From Deltaproteobacteria bacterium (GTDB lineage: Bacteria; Desulfobacterota; Syntrophia; Syntrophales; JACQWR01): 64,000 bases of DNA. A model generated the notes under the pieces. That model saw only the letters and a list, made by a program, of their open reading frames with translations, did no database searches and was not told where the DNA came from. Numbering within the stretch: the first letter of the stretch is position 1; each line of letters opens with the position of its first letter. Below are positions 26,737-36,600 of the stretch, piece after piece. The translations under genes and the position numbers were made by a program. The stretch covers positions 132,216-196,215 of the forward strand of contig JACQWR010000011.1 in NCBI GenBank assembly GCA_016209105.1. The letters run 5' to 3'.

Positions 26737-28902
26737 TTAGAATGTGTAACCGGCCATCACGTAGAACAGGTTCACGTTATAGTTCTGGTCGGTGTATGCG
26801 CCCGTGAACCAGTTGTTGGGCTCGGTACCGCTGTACGTTACGTATTTGTAACCATCCATGCTCGGATCGTGGTAGGCATAGTGTTCATAGGAATACCCGA
26901 AGGTCAGATCGAGGTTCTTCACGGCCTTGTAAATTGCCTTGAGATTGACGCTCTGCTTCCGGTAATCGTTAGACTTGAGGGAATCTATATAGGTTGCCGC
27001 CCCCCAATCGTTCGGCGTGCTGTAATCAACCATCCCGTTTGCCTGCTCATACATCCAAGACGCGATAAAATCGAGCTTGTTCTTGATGACCGGCGCCTGG
27101 AGTCCCAGACCATAGGCATAGTTGTTGTCCCGTTGCTCCATATTGATGTTGTAATTGCTGCTGGTGGAAGTTGTCCAAGGGGTAGGTGACCCCGAAGTGC
27201 TTGACCGAAACAGGGATTCCATTCTTACCGTTTCATAATCGAAGAAGGCCGTTAGCTTGGCGCGCTCGGGGATATCATAGGAGATATCCACATAGTATTC
27301 GTTCCGCTTGTCGTTGGTCCGGCCGAACCATAACTCCTGGTAATCGTTGTGCTTATAGGCATACTCCAGCCCCACGGTAAGATTCTCCAGGGGATCAATA
27401 TCCAGCGCCAGCTTGATGGTATCCTGTACCTTGCTCGCCTGATCGTATTTCCGGAGATACCGCCAAGTCGCATTGTCGGCGTTTGCCCCATCCTGAAAGT
27501 CCGTACTTCTCCAGAGACGCTGGTATTTCACCTTTGCCGTCAGCCAGGACAGGGAGCTGTTTTTCACTTCCGCATAGGCGCTGTTGTCCGTGGTGTTGTC
27601 GGCGTCCACCCTCGTCCGGTCCACCTGTTGGAACTCGTAACCCACGGTCGCCTTGGTTTTCGGGGAAAACTTGTATCCCACATCGGCGCCGAAATTGCTC
27701 TTCCGGTAATTGTAAACTTCGGTGCTGACTGAGGTTGTGTTCGTAAAGGTAATGATGTCGGATTTGTTCTCTTTCCGGAGATAATTATAGTAGACCTTCG
27801 TATCCAGCGCCTTCACGGGCTGAGACGTCAGGGCCACCGACGCCGTCTGGTACGTGATGTCACCGGAGAAGGAAGGCTTGTTCGTCGTCAGGGTCACGCT
27901 GCTGTAGGTCGGGTTGGCCGCGCCGTTATTCGTTGACGTACTGAGGGTCGTGGGAAAATTGACATCGTTTTTGAGTTGCGAATATCCCACCTGCAGCGCC
28001 AGCGCGGAGTTCAAGGGGAGCTGCCGCACCGATCCCTGCGCCGAGAGTTTATAGTAGTCGTTGTCCGCGGCCTCCGAGACGTACTCGCTCCAACTTTCCG
28101 ATGATACATAGGGGTTTCTGAAGGTTACGTAGGGGTTCTTGTTGTCAAATTTGCTGAGCGATCCCCCCAGAGAAAGGGTGTACTTCTTCGTGTTGTAGCC
28201 GGCCTTCAGGTTCAGATTGTTGGTGCGGGAATCAATGGGCATGGGCACATCCAGTTGATTGAAGGTGTTGCCGCTGTTAATTTTATCCGACCTGAGGGCA
28301 CTCCGAACGCCCCAGGGAATGACGCCTTTCGACTCGATCTGGTTCGCATCCAGGCTGACGAAAAAGGGTGTGCCGAAGGAGAAGTCCATGGCCGCCCCCG
28401 TGTCTTTTCGCTTCACGGAGTAATCGAAGGTATTCCAGTCGGCGGCGTTCGTGGGAACGGTCGGCGTGTAGGTCGCATTCGCGTCCGACCCGTTCGCATA
28501 CCCGTAAGACAGATTGCTCGAGCCGGGGTTCGCATAGAAGGTCTTGGCCCCAAAGGACAAATTATGGATGATCTCATTATAGTGAACCGAATAGTCGTAG
28601 GAGCCGTACTGTCCACCCTTCACCTCGAAGAACTGGTCGTCGCGCCCCACATTCTCCCCAGTCATGTTCATGTAGTAGGAGCCGTTGTCCCCGCCGAACC
28701 GCATGTTCGTAAAGACGCCCGTCTTCACGTCCCGGTACTCCTGGAATTTGGCGCTGGCGTCGCCTTCCTGGAGGTTCCGGACGCCCAGATCAACGGCGCC
28801 GGTGATGGGAAAATCCTTTGCGTCCGCGGCATATGCGGAACTGCCGATGCCGATAAAGAGCAAAGCCGTCATTATTGTTATGAGTGGTATTGTGCGTCTC
28901 AT
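26737..28902 (-). CDS. MtrB/PioB-family outer-membrane beta-barrel (porin partner of a decaheme cytochrome)
   Basis: Signal peptide. 721 aa of alternating Tyr/Asn/Ser/Thr-rich amphipathic beta-strand sequence with a C-terminal aromatic (YTF). Lies immediately downstream of a decaheme MtrA/DmsE-like gene. Confidence 0.7.
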   Translation of the reverse strand: MRRTIPLITIMTALLFIGIGSSAYAADAKDFPITGAVDLGVRNLQEGDASAKFQEYRDVKTGVFTNMRFGGDNGSYYMNMTGENVGRDDQFFEVKGGQYGSYDYSVHYNEIIHNLSFGAKTFYANPGSSNLSYGYANGSDANATYTPTVPTNAADWNTFDYSVKRKDTGAAMDFSFGTPFFVSLDANQIESKGVIPWGVRSALRSDKINSGNTFNQLDVPMPIDSRTNNLNLKAGYNTKKYTLSLGGSLSKFDNKNPYVTFRNPYVSSESWSEYVSEAADNDYYKLSAQGSVRQLPLNSALALQVGYSQLKNDVNFPTTLSTSTNNGAANPTYSSVTLTTNKPSFSGDITYQTASVALTSQPVKALDTKVYYNYLRKENKSDIITFTNTTSVSTEVYNYRKSNFGADVGYKFSPKTKATVGYEFQQVDRTRVDADNTTDNSAYAEVKNSSLSWLTAKVKYQRLWRSTDFQDGANADNATWRYLRKYDQASKVQDTIKLALDIDPLENLTVGLEYAYKHNDYQELWFGRTNDKRNEYYVDISYDIPERAKLTAFFDYETVRMESLFRSSTSGSPTPWTTSTSSNYNINMEQRDNNYAYGLGLQAPVIKNKLDFIASWMYEQANGMVDYSTPNDWGAATYIDSLKSNDYRKQSVNLKAIYKAVKNLDLTFGYSYEHYAYHDPSMDGYKYVTYSGTEPNNWFTGAYTDQNYNVNLFYVMAGYTF

Positions 28903-28911
28903 TGTCTCCTC

Positions 28912-29832
28912 CTATCGTACGAAGAATCGGCCGGAAGAGTTCTGATTCTGGGGATCCTCCGGATGGTTGCTGCCGTGAATGGCGCTGTGACAGTTGGTGC
29001 AGGATCGCGCCATCACCCTGTTGGACGGTGAACTGCCTAAAAACCCGCCTCTTCCGATGGCAAACGAGGTCGTATGACCGCCGGCGGTAAAATGACACTC
29101 CGCACAGAGGTTGGGCTGTCTTTCCACGAGCAGCTTGGCCGTCCTGGAACCGTGGGCCGTGTGGCAGGTCTGGCAGTTCTCCTCAACGGGGGCATGTTCC
29201 CAGAGCCAGGGTCCCCTCTTGTCCGCATGGCACTTGTAACAGAGCTGATTGGTATTCTCCGCTGTGATCATGCCGTGCGAGAGGGTACCGTGGGGATTGT
29301 GGCAGTCGCCGCATTTCACCTTCCCCTCGACGATGGGATGATGGGACGCCCGGTTGATATCCCTCTTTATATCCTTGTGACAGCCGGTGCAGGTTTCTAC
29401 CTGAGCAATCTTTTTGCCGTGAATGTTGTGACAGGAGGTACAGGCAACGTCGCTTTTCTTGTGCTTCCCCATGTCCCAGAAGGCGAGCTTCCGGGAGGAA
29501 GCATGGCAAGAAAGACACGCGGCATCCTTCGCAGCGGCAGATACGTTTTTGCCGTTTAAGGCCACAATGCCACCGGCGCCCTTGCCGCCGCCGGCTTCCG
29601 CATGGGCGATGCCTTCCCGGTGGCAGGCCATACAGTCCGACTTATTCGCCGGACTATTCGCAAATCCCTTCTTGCTGTGTTTGGATTTACCATAACTGTT
29701 GTACTGGGCCTCGTGGCAATCCTTACACAACTCCGCTCCGGCGGCTTTCGTCTCTCCCCCTGCAACCTTCAGATGAAACGTGACTGTTGCTACGAGAAAA
29801 ACAACCATTACCAATAGCTTCCCCTTTCCCAT
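28912..29832 (-). CDS. Periplasmic decaheme c-type cytochrome, MtrA/DmsE/PioA family
   Basis: Ten CXXCH motifs counted: CKDCH, CMACH, CLSCH, CTSCH, CTGCH, CGDCH, CYKCH, CQTCH, CAECH, CTNCH. Signal peptide from the preferred start at 29832 (MGKGKLLVMVV) behind AAGGAGGAGAGG. Confidence 0.85.
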   Translation of the reverse strand: MGKGKLLVMVVFLVATVTFHLKVAGGETKAAGAELCKDCHEAQYNSYGKSKHSKKGFANSPANKSDCMACHREGIAHAEAGGGKGAGGIVALNGKNVSAAAKDAACLSCHASSRKLAFWDMGKHKKSDVACTSCHNIHGKKIAQVETCTGCHKDIKRDINRASHHPIVEGKVKCGDCHNPHGTLSHGMITAENTNQLCYKCHADKRGPWLWEHAPVEENCQTCHTAHGSRTAKLLVERQPNLCAECHFTAGGHTTSFAIGRGGFLGSSPSNRVMARSCTNCHSAIHGSNHPEDPQNQNSSGRFFVR

Positions 29833-30053
29833 CACGGTCCTCTCCTCCTTCTTTGTAAAATACATAATAAAACATATCCGACGGCTCCATGCGTACCTAC
29901 TAAGGCGCTCGCCGGTGAAAGACAATAGGAATTAAATAGAAGAACACTGGTAGCTGAAATCTACCATTGACGCACTTGTTAACCTCGTCGTTCGCAGCCG
30001 ATAATTTGGCACTCCCGATTGGTTAACTCATGACTGCAAATCTAAGAAGGGAT

Positions 30054-30069
30054 AGCAATGAACATACCA
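30054..30069 (-). promoter_or_regulatory. Weak sigma54 promoter candidate (minus strand) TGGTAT-N5-TTGCT upstream of the decaheme gene
   Basis: The reverse complement of agcaatgaacatacca reads TGGTATGTTCATTGCT. GG and GC spacing is correct, but position 4 of the -24 box deviates. It lies 75-120 bp downstream (in the sense of transcription) of the tandem palindromes at 30144..30177. Confidence 0.3.
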
Positions 30070-30143
30070 AGGCGGATAAATAAAAATATCCATGAAATCA
30101 GAATAGTTATATTTTGAAGGGAATTGGGGAGGGATCGTTCATT

Positions 30144-30177
30144 GGTGATTTCACCATATACCGATGGTGATTTCACC
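30144..30177. promoter_or_regulatory. Two identical palindromes GGTGATTTCACC spaced 22 bp apart, a candidate activator binding site
   Basis: ggtgatttcacc at 30144..30155 and again at 30166..30177 (two helical turns apart). Located between the NtrC-type regulator stop and the decaheme gene. Confidence 0.45.
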
Positions 30178-30202
30178 GTATTGGGGACTTTTTCCTCAGG
30201 GA

Positions 30203-31600
30203 TCACTTCTCTTCCAGGCCGAACTTCTTCAGTTGATACCGGAAGGAATCGTAGCTGACGTTCAGGAGTTTCGCGGCCTTGGTCTTGTTGTGCGCTGATT
30301 TTTCCAGGGCTTGAATAATCAGATCTTTTTCCAATTCATCGAGGGAAATACCCGCCTCCGGCAATACGAACCGCGCGGACGACGCGCTTTCTTGCTGCGA
30401 GGCCAACCCGCTGATTTCCAGCGGCAAGTGCCCCGGCATGATAAACTTACTGTTTTGCAGCACAATCATCCCCCGAATCACGTTTTTCAATTCCCGCACG
30501 TTGCCGGGCCACCGGTAATTTCTCATCAATTCCTCGGTCTCCGGGGCAAATCCTTCCACCGGCTTGTTATATTCCTTTGCAAAAGCTGATAGAAAATGTC
30601 GGGCTAAGGCGGTGATGTCCTCTTTCCGTTCCCGTAAGGGAGGAATCACCAGGGAAAAGGCATTCAGGCGGTAATACAGGTCCGCACGGAAATCTCCCTT
30701 TTCCATCGCATCGAGCAGATTTCTGTTGGTTATCGCAATAACCGTGACATCAACGGAGATTTCTTCCTGACCGCCGATCCTCCTTACCACCCTCTCTTCC
30801 AGTACGCGAAGAAGCTTGCTCTGCAGGCTCGGCTTCATCTCGCCTATCTCATCGAGAAGCAGCGTTCCCCCGTCGGCCACCTCAAACAGTCCCTTCTTGC
30901 TTTTGTGCGCGTCGGTAAATGAACCCTTCTCGTAACCGAACAGTTCACTCTCCAAAAGGGTGTCGGGAAGAGCGCTGCAGTTCACCGCGATGAAGGGAGC
31001 GGAAACGCTTGCCGCCGCGCCATGCATCATCCGGTGGATGTTGCGGGCGATGACATCCTTGCCGACGCCGCTTTCTCCCGTGATAAGGACGCTTGAAACG
31101 CGGGCTTCCGCTATCCGAGCGACTTTTTCCTTCAACTCTTTCCTGGCGCTTGAGATGCCCAGAAAATCTTTTTCAAAAAGGGATGCGCTGATGTTTCTCA
31201 GGTATTCCAGTTCGTTTTTCAGCTTTACGTTTTCAACGGCATTGGCGATGACAATTCTTATTTCATCTATGTTGAACGGTTTGGTCAGATAATTCCACGC
31301 ACCGATCTTCATGGCTTTCACGGCGGTTCCCGCCGTATCGTCGGCAGTCAGCATAATGACTTCCAGAGGCAGTCCTTCTTTTTTCAATTCTTGAAGCATG
31401 TCCATCCCGTTTTGCCCCGGCAGGCCGATGTCCAGCAAAATCACATCGGGATGCCACTGCCTGATCTTTTCCACGAGGGCGGCCCCGCCGGTTGCAGAGC
31501 GCACCTCGTATCGCTCCTTTTTCAGAACACGCGAAAGCACGTCCAGAATTAATTCATCGTCGTCTACGAGATAGATTCTCCCCCGGTTTTTCACATCCAC
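30203..31600 (-). CDS. sigma54-dependent response regulator (REC + AAA+ + HTH), NtrC family
   Basis: REC domain with [19 protein letters not shown] Walker A, EKGSFTDA (GAFTGA-like loop) and a C-terminal Fis-type HTH. Confidence 0.9.
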   Translation of the reverse strand: MDVKNRGRIYLVDDDELILDVLSRVLKKERYEVRSATGGAALVEKIRQWHPDVILLDIGLPGQNGMDMLQELKKEGLPLEVIMLTADDTAGTAVKAMKIGAWNYLTKPFNIDEIRIVIANAVENVKLKNELEYLRNISASLFEKDFLGISSARKELKEKVARIAEARVSSVLITGESGVGKDVIARNIHRMMHGAAASVSAPFIAVNCSALPDTLLESELFGYEKGSFTDAHKSKKGLFEVADGGTLLLDEIGEMKPSLQSKLLRVLEERVVRRIGGQEEISVDVTVIAITNRNLLDAMEKGDFRADLYYRLNAFSLVIPPLRERKEDITALARHFLSAFAKEYNKPVEGFAPETEELMRNYRWPGNVRELKNVIRGMIVLQNSKFIMPGHLPLEISGLASQQESASSARFVLPEAGISLDELEKDLIIQALEKSAHNKTKAAKLLNVSYDSFRYQLKKFGLEEK

Positions 31601-31610
31601 GCCCCTTAAC

Positions 31611-32459
31611 CTATGTTGTGCCTCCGTAACTGTGAAGTCCCGAAAGGATCAGGTTGACCCCAAGATAACAAAAAATGGTTGCCATAAAACCCACAATGGA
31701 AAGCGCCGCCGCCTTTTTCCCCCGCCACCCCCTGGTGATCCTCGCATGCAGGTACGCCGCATAGATGAACCAGACGATAAGCGACCAGGTCTCCTTGGGG
31801 TCCCAGCTCCAGTATGTCCCCCAGGCCACGTTCGCCCAGAAAGCGCCGGTAATGATGCCGATCGTCAGGAGCGGAAAGCCGATGGCGATGGTTTTATAAC
31901 CCACTTCGTCAAGGAGGTCGGAAGACGGCAGGTGCCCCGAAAAAGCGCCCGCTTGTTTTAAGGACCTGTTTTCGGCGTTAACCTTGAACAGGTAAAGCAC
32001 GCTCACGCCAAAGGATACGGCAAAGGCCGCGTATCCCACAAAGCAGGTCACCACGTGGGAAATCAGCCAGTTGCTCTGGAGCGCCGGCACCAACGGCTGG
32101 ATCTCATTGGGATTCAGCGATGCATAGGCCATGATGATGAACGGGAAGGGCGTCACAAATGCCCCGGCCGTCTTGATCCCGAATTTTCTCTCCATGACGA
32201 GGTAGATGATGGCGATCGTCAAGGCGAAAAAAACGAGCGATTCATAGAGATTGGTAAGAGGCGCCCTGCCAATCCCCATCTGGTACGATTCGTACCATCG
32301 TAGCAGTATCGCCGCGGTCTCGATGATCACCCCCGCGAGAAGCGCAAGGGTGCAAATCTTGCCCAGCGTCTCGGATCTGAACGCCAGGTACGATACGTAA
32401 AGCACCATGGAGAAAAAATACACAAATATGGAAATCCCGAACAGTAATGAATTTGTCAT
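31611..32459 (-). CDS. ccsA: Cytochrome c biogenesis System II heme-handling protein CcsA/ResC
   Basis: Polytopic membrane protein with the Trp-rich WWD-like motif [13 protein letters not shown]. Confidence 0.85.
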   Translation of the reverse strand: MTNSLLFGISIFVYFFSMVLYVSYLAFRSETLGKICTLALLAGVIIETAAILLRWYESYQMGIGRAPLTNLYESLVFFALTIAIIYLVMERKFGIKTAGAFVTPFPFIIMAYASLNPNEIQPLVPALQSNWLISHVVTCFVGYAAFAVSFGVSVLYLFKVNAENRSLKQAGAFSGHLPSSDLLDEVGYKTIAIGFPLLTIGIITGAFWANVAWGTYWSWDPKETWSLIVWFIYAAYLHARITRGWRGKKAAALSIVGFMATIFCYLGVNLILSGLHSYGGTT

Positions 32460-33848
32460 CTAAGAAACCTCCTCCGAAATCTCCCGTAAACTTCTCACCA
32501 ATCGTTCCATCTCGCTGGAAAAAGCTTGTTTATTTTTATTGGTCGTTCCGCCGGTCGTAACTTCCACACGGCCTTTCTTATCCTTCCCTATCCTGATCCA
32601 GAGCTTTTTATGCGCCATAAAAAAAGCCATCATGATGCCTGCCACGAGCATAACGCACCCTGTCCACACGATCCAGACCCCGGGATCCTTGTTGACCTGC
32701 AATCCCGTATATCTTTTTATCTTCATGTCTTTCACCACGAACGAATGCGTACCGTCGCGGTTCAGCCCCGGCTGCGTTCCCACAATCCATATTCCTTCAG
32801 GCGGGGCGCCGGCGCTGTAGATATTCACGCCGATCGCCGGTCCCCCTTCGGAACCGTCAGGCCGGTGAAAATGCTCCTGGTAATCGGCGACCTCGATCCT
32901 GACAATGCCGCCCGGTATGTCCACCTGCTTCCCAAAGGGGGCAAACACCGTGCCCCGTGAAACGCCGTTCCTATCCCTGATCTCAAATGTAACATCGGGA
33001 AATCCGCCGTAACTTGACTGATAGAAGGTTATGCCCTCGTAGCTTAGAGGGTCATTGACGCGGATCGTTTTCCGTATCGCTTCTTTTCCATCCTTTATGA
33101 TGGCAAGGTCGCTCCGGTAATCCTTCGGGGCACCGGTATCATAAAAATCAACGCTGAAGGAATTGCACTTCACGGAGAACCCCAGGGTTCTGGTTTCTCC
33201 CTTCCTGGTCTGAACGGAAGAGATCATTTCTCCTTCATTTATGTTCACATACCCCTTAAACCCGATGAGGGAACCGGTTATGGCGCCGATAAAAATAACA
33301 ATGACGCTTAAGTGCGTTAAAAAGAAAGAAAGCCGGCTATATTTCCCCTTCTCATAGAAAAAGTGCCTTGCATGTTCTTCCTCGGTCACCACGGGACGGC
33401 CGGTGAAATCTTTCCCGGCTATGGCCTTTACCTGTTTTTCCACCGTTTCGGCGGGAAGGTTATATTTCATCTTCGCCAGGTTGGCTAATCCCGCCTCGAG
33501 TTTTTCATCCAGAACGACCTGTTGCGACTTCATCCCCCTCAGGATGAAAGGATAACGCTCCATCGTACAGGCAATGATGTTTAAGGCCAGCAGGGCCAGG
33601 CAGGAAGTAAACCACCAGCTGTGATACATATCCAGTAAACCGAGTTTACTGAACAGTTCAACCGTTTCCGGCCTGAATAAGTTGTAATATTCCGGCAGTG
33701 GTTTATTCTGTTCAATGATGGTGCCCGCCACTGATAAGAGGGAAAGAACAAGCAAAAGAAAAATAAGCAGTTTGAGGGAAGTAAAAAAATCCCAGACCTT
33801 ATCAATACTATCCCTCCCTTTTTTCTCCTGTTTTATTTCCTCCGACAT
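32460..33848 (-). CDS. resB: Cytochrome c biogenesis System II protein ResB/Ccs1
   Basis: ResB-like topology: N-terminal TM helices, a large periplasmic domain and a C-terminal TM helix. Stop abuts the ccsA start. Confidence 0.85.
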   Translation of the reverse strand: MSEEIKQEKKGRDSIDKVWDFFTSLKLLIFLLLVLSLLSVAGTIIEQNKPLPEYYNLFRPETVELFSKLGLLDMYHSWWFTSCLALLALNIIACTMERYPFILRGMKSQQVVLDEKLEAGLANLAKMKYNLPAETVEKQVKAIAGKDFTGRPVVTEEEHARHFFYEKGKYSRLSFFLTHLSVIVIFIGAITGSLIGFKGYVNINEGEMISSVQTRKGETRTLGFSVKCNSFSVDFYDTGAPKDYRSDLAIIKDGKEAIRKTIRVNDPLSYEGITFYQSSYGGFPDVTFEIRDRNGVSRGTVFAPFGKQVDIPGGIVRIEVADYQEHFHRPDGSEGGPAIGVNIYSAGAPPEGIWIVGTQPGLNRDGTHSFVVKDMKIKRYTGLQVNKDPGVWIVWTGCVMLVAGIMMAFFMAHKKLWIRIGKDKKGRVEVTTGGTTNKNKQAFSSEMERLVRSLREISEEVS

Positions 33849-33873
33849 GATAATCTCCTTAAAATACGTATAG

Positions 33874-33992
33874 TTGAAACTCTCCTCGGCAGACCGTGGA
33901 GGATCCTCGATTCTTAAGGAATAGTAATTTTAAGATTCGCCCGCCTACCCCAAAGCCAAGCTCAAGGGGGAATGCGCTCGCTGCCGAATCGA
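33874..33992. repeat. Intergenic repeat family A, diverged copy
   Basis: ttgaaactctcctcggcagaccgtggaggatcctcgattcttaaggaat...ccccaaagccaagctcaagggggaatgcgctcgctgccgaatc. Confidence 0.65.
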
Positions 33993-34101
33993 AGCCGCCG
34001 TTTATTGCAGCAAGCAACTCCCCCCTGTCCAGGGGAAAGGGAACATAATTTATATGCCAACGAAGCCTTGTCAAGGACAATAGCCGAGAATACCGGCAAG
34101 C

Positions 34102-34150
34102 AAAAAAAAGAAAAGCCCCCCGCCAGCACAAAGGGCATGGTGGAGGGCTT
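34102..34150 (-). terminator. Rho-independent terminator after the triheme cytochrome gene
   Basis: On the minus strand, an imperfect GC-rich stem (AGCCCTCCACC ... GGCGGGGGGCT) is followed by TTTTCTTTTTTTT. Confidence 0.5.
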
Positions 34151-34173
34151 CGATAATTACCGTATTTGCGCGC

Positions 34174-34491
34174 TTATTTCTTATGGCACTTGGCGCATTC
34201 AGCGGTGCCAAAGGCCTTCTTGCCGTCATGGCAGACACCGCAGTTCTTACCCGCTTTCATATCGGCCATAGTGATCTTCATCTCTTTTTTCATCTTGAAT
34301 GGAGCGGGATGACAGGCAGCACACTTCACTGTCGCGGGTGCTTTCCCCGCGTGTATTTTCCCGTCGAACACCACCTTTCCCGAACCGCCGCCAGCGTATT
34401 CCACCTTTTTCCCGGGCCCGGAAGCCAGAGAAACACCGGCAAGACCGAGAACAAAAACGGCTACGACTGCAAAAATCAACACCTTCTTCAT
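34174..34491 (-). CDS. Small periplasmic triheme cytochrome, c7 (PpcA-like) type
   Basis: Signal peptide plus three CXXCH motifs (CAACH, CGVCH, CAKCH). The MADMKAGKNCGVCHDGKKAFG module is shared with the nonaheme protein at 41846..42607. Confidence 0.85.
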   Translation of the reverse strand: MKKVLIFAVVAVFVLGLAGVSLASGPGKKVEYAGGGSGKVVFDGKIHAGKAPATVKCAACHPAPFKMKKEMKITMADMKAGKNCGVCHDGKKAFGTAECAKCHKK

Positions 34492-34668
34492 AAATCCTCC
34501 TTTAAATTTTCCAATTTATCGTGGCACTAAACGGCCGGTTACAAGCTTTCAGGGGAACATACGCGATCAGGTTGCCGACTGTCAAGTAAATTTTAGCGGC
34601 CCTCCTATCTTTCCGCTCAACCGGCGGGGTTTCACTTTTTACGAATGTAGCAGATTTTTCGCGAGATA

Positions 34669-34857
34669 TTAAAGATTCCCGCAGCAAGCGTTCACTTCCT
34701 TACCCCAAAACCAAGCTCAAGGGGGTGCGCTCGCTGCTGAATTGAAGCCCTCCGCAGCACACTGCGGAGGGTCTCCGATTTCCAAGGAACATTATTACTA
34801 TCATTCGCTCGCTTACCCCGCGGCTTGCCGCGGGGTAAGCGCTCGCTGACGAATTCA
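34669..34857. repeat. Intergenic repeat family A, tandem: a partial copy followed by a full copy
   Basis: The first unit runs 34669 to about 34746. The second unit, ttgaagccctccgcagcacactgcggagg...cgcttaccccgcggcttgccgcggggtaagcgctcgctgacgaattca, follows directly. Confidence 0.7.
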
Positions 34858-34954
34858 TCTTGACTATATCCTGTCTCATACCATAAAAGATTTACCGTAT
34901 CTTTATAATCATCCAGCGCTGAACCGCTTATTTTTGAAAACGGAAAGGGAAAAC

Positions 34955-36529
34955 GTGCGACTGAAGCTTATCTCCAAACTGACCATATCCGCCAGCGCAG
35001 TGCTGATTATCTTCATGGCCATTTTTGCCTACGTCAACCTCGCTACCATGCGCAAACTCCTCCTGGAAGAGGCTATTTTGGATGCGGACAAGCTGAGTGA
35101 AACCATCATCAAAACAACCCACTACCAAATGCTGGAGGATGACCGGGAACGAGTTTATCAGATGATAAGCGAAGTCGGGACCCAGGCCGACATCGAGAGG
35201 ATACGCCTGATAACGAAGGAGGGAATCACCATTTTTTCCACAGACAAAAATGAGATCGGCGCCTTCCTCGATAAAAAAGCGGCGGCCTGCAACATGTGTC
35301 ACGCCGGTGAGAAACCCCTGCTGCACGCATCTTCCATGAACAGGAGCCGTGTTTTTCGCGTCGGGGAAAATAAAGAAGTCCTCGGCATGGCCAAGGCAAT
35401 CTACACCGAGAAGAAATGCTATACCGCCCCCTGCCATTTCCACCCCAAAGACGCACGGATTCTGGGGGTGCTTGATGTCATAGTTTCTCTCGACGGCATG
35501 CACCGCCAACTCGCTTCTTACCGCAACAAGATAATCGTAGCCGCCATCATTCTGCTGGGGATCACCTCGCTTTGTCTTTCCCTTTCCTTGCGACAGCTCG
35601 TCAGCAAGCCGGTGAAGCAACTGCTCCGGCAAACGGAGAAGCTTTCCCGGGGCGAGATGGACGACAGCATTAATTTCTCCTCCGCCGATGAACTGGGAGA
35701 ACTGGCTAATTCCTTTAATATTATGACGCAAAAGCTGAAGAATGCGAGGAATGAATTGGAAGAATGGGCAAGGACATTGGAAGTGAGGGTTGAAGAGAGA
35801 GGCAGAAAACTCAAGCAGATACAATCCCAACTCGTGCGCTCGGAAAAGCTTGCCTCCCTGGGCAAGCTGGCGGCGGGCGTCGCCCATGAAATCAACAACC
35901 CGCTCACCGGCATATTGATGTTTGCGTCACTGACACGCAAAAACGAAAATCTTGAGCCGTCCGTTAAAAATGACCTGGATATGATCATCACAGAAACACA
36001 GCGCTGCGCCCAGATTGTCAAGGGTCTACTCGACTTTTCCCGGGAATCGGTGCCCCAGAAGAAACCGTCATCCATAAACGCTATCATGGATGCCACGCTG
36101 GCCCTGATTGAAAATCAGTCCCGCTTTCAAAATATAGCCATCACCCGTGAATATAGCCAGGAAATCCCGCACGTTCTTGTTGACCCCAACCAGATAGAAC
36201 AGGTTTTTGTCAATATGCTCTTAAACGCCAGCGATGCCATGCCCAGTGGAGGCAAAATTCTGATAAAAACGGACACACGGGAAAACCATGTCCGCGTAAC
36301 GATAACCGACACCGGAACCGGGATCAGCGAGGAAAACCTGGAGAAAATATTCGACCCGTTTTTCACCACGAAGGATGCCAGGGGAACCGGTCTTGGTCTA
36401 TCCGTTTCCTACGGAATCATTGAAAGCCATGGCGGAAAGATAGAAGTGGAAAGCGCGGTTGGGATCGGAACAACCGTCACGATCATTCTTCCCCTTCCGG
36501 AGGGGAATACCTATGCGGGAAATCCTTAG
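34955..36529 (+). CDS. Sensor histidine kinase with a periplasmic heme-c-motif sensor domain, HAMP, HisKA and HATPase domains
   Basis: TM - periplasmic domain with CNMCH and CYTAPCH - TM - HAMP - H-box VAHEINNPL - N/G boxes. Preferred start is GTG at 34955; the ORF track start 34934 is TTG. Confidence 0.85.
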   Translation: MRLKLISKLTISASAVLIIFMAIFAYVNLATMRKLLLEEAILDADKLSETIIKTTHYQMLEDDRERVYQMISEVGTQADIERIRLITKEGITIFSTDKNEIGAFLDKKAAACNMCHAGEKPLLHASSMNRSRVFRVGENKEVLGMAKAIYTEKKCYTAPCHFHPKDARILGVLDVIVSLDGMHRQLASYRNKIIVAAIILLGITSLCLSLSLRQLVSKPVKQLLRQTEKLSRGEMDDSINFSSADELGELANSFNIMTQKLKNARNELEEWARTLEVRVEERGRKLKQIQSQLVRSEKLASLGKLAAGVAHEINNPLTGILMFASLTRKNENLEPSVKNDLDMIITETQRCAQIVKGLLDFSRESVPQKKPSSINAIMDATLALIENQSRFQNIAITREYSQEIPHVLVDPNQIEQVFVNMLLNASDAMPSGGKILIKTDTRENHVRVTITDTGTGISEENLEKIFDPFFTTKDARGTGLGLSVSYGIIESHGGKIEVESAVGIGTTVTIILPLPEGNTYAGNP

Positions 36530-36600
36530 CAGTCCCCATCTGCGGCTCGGCATACCATCCAAGACAGAAAAAAACAGACCCGGGTGCCATATACTGAGAT

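Noticed and set aside
30006-30022. Plus-strand TTGGCACTCCCGATTGG as a sigma54 promoter
   Set aside because: The -12 element lacks the GC (TTGG instead of TTGC), and no plus-strand gene lies downstream. The region sits between two minus-strand genes.
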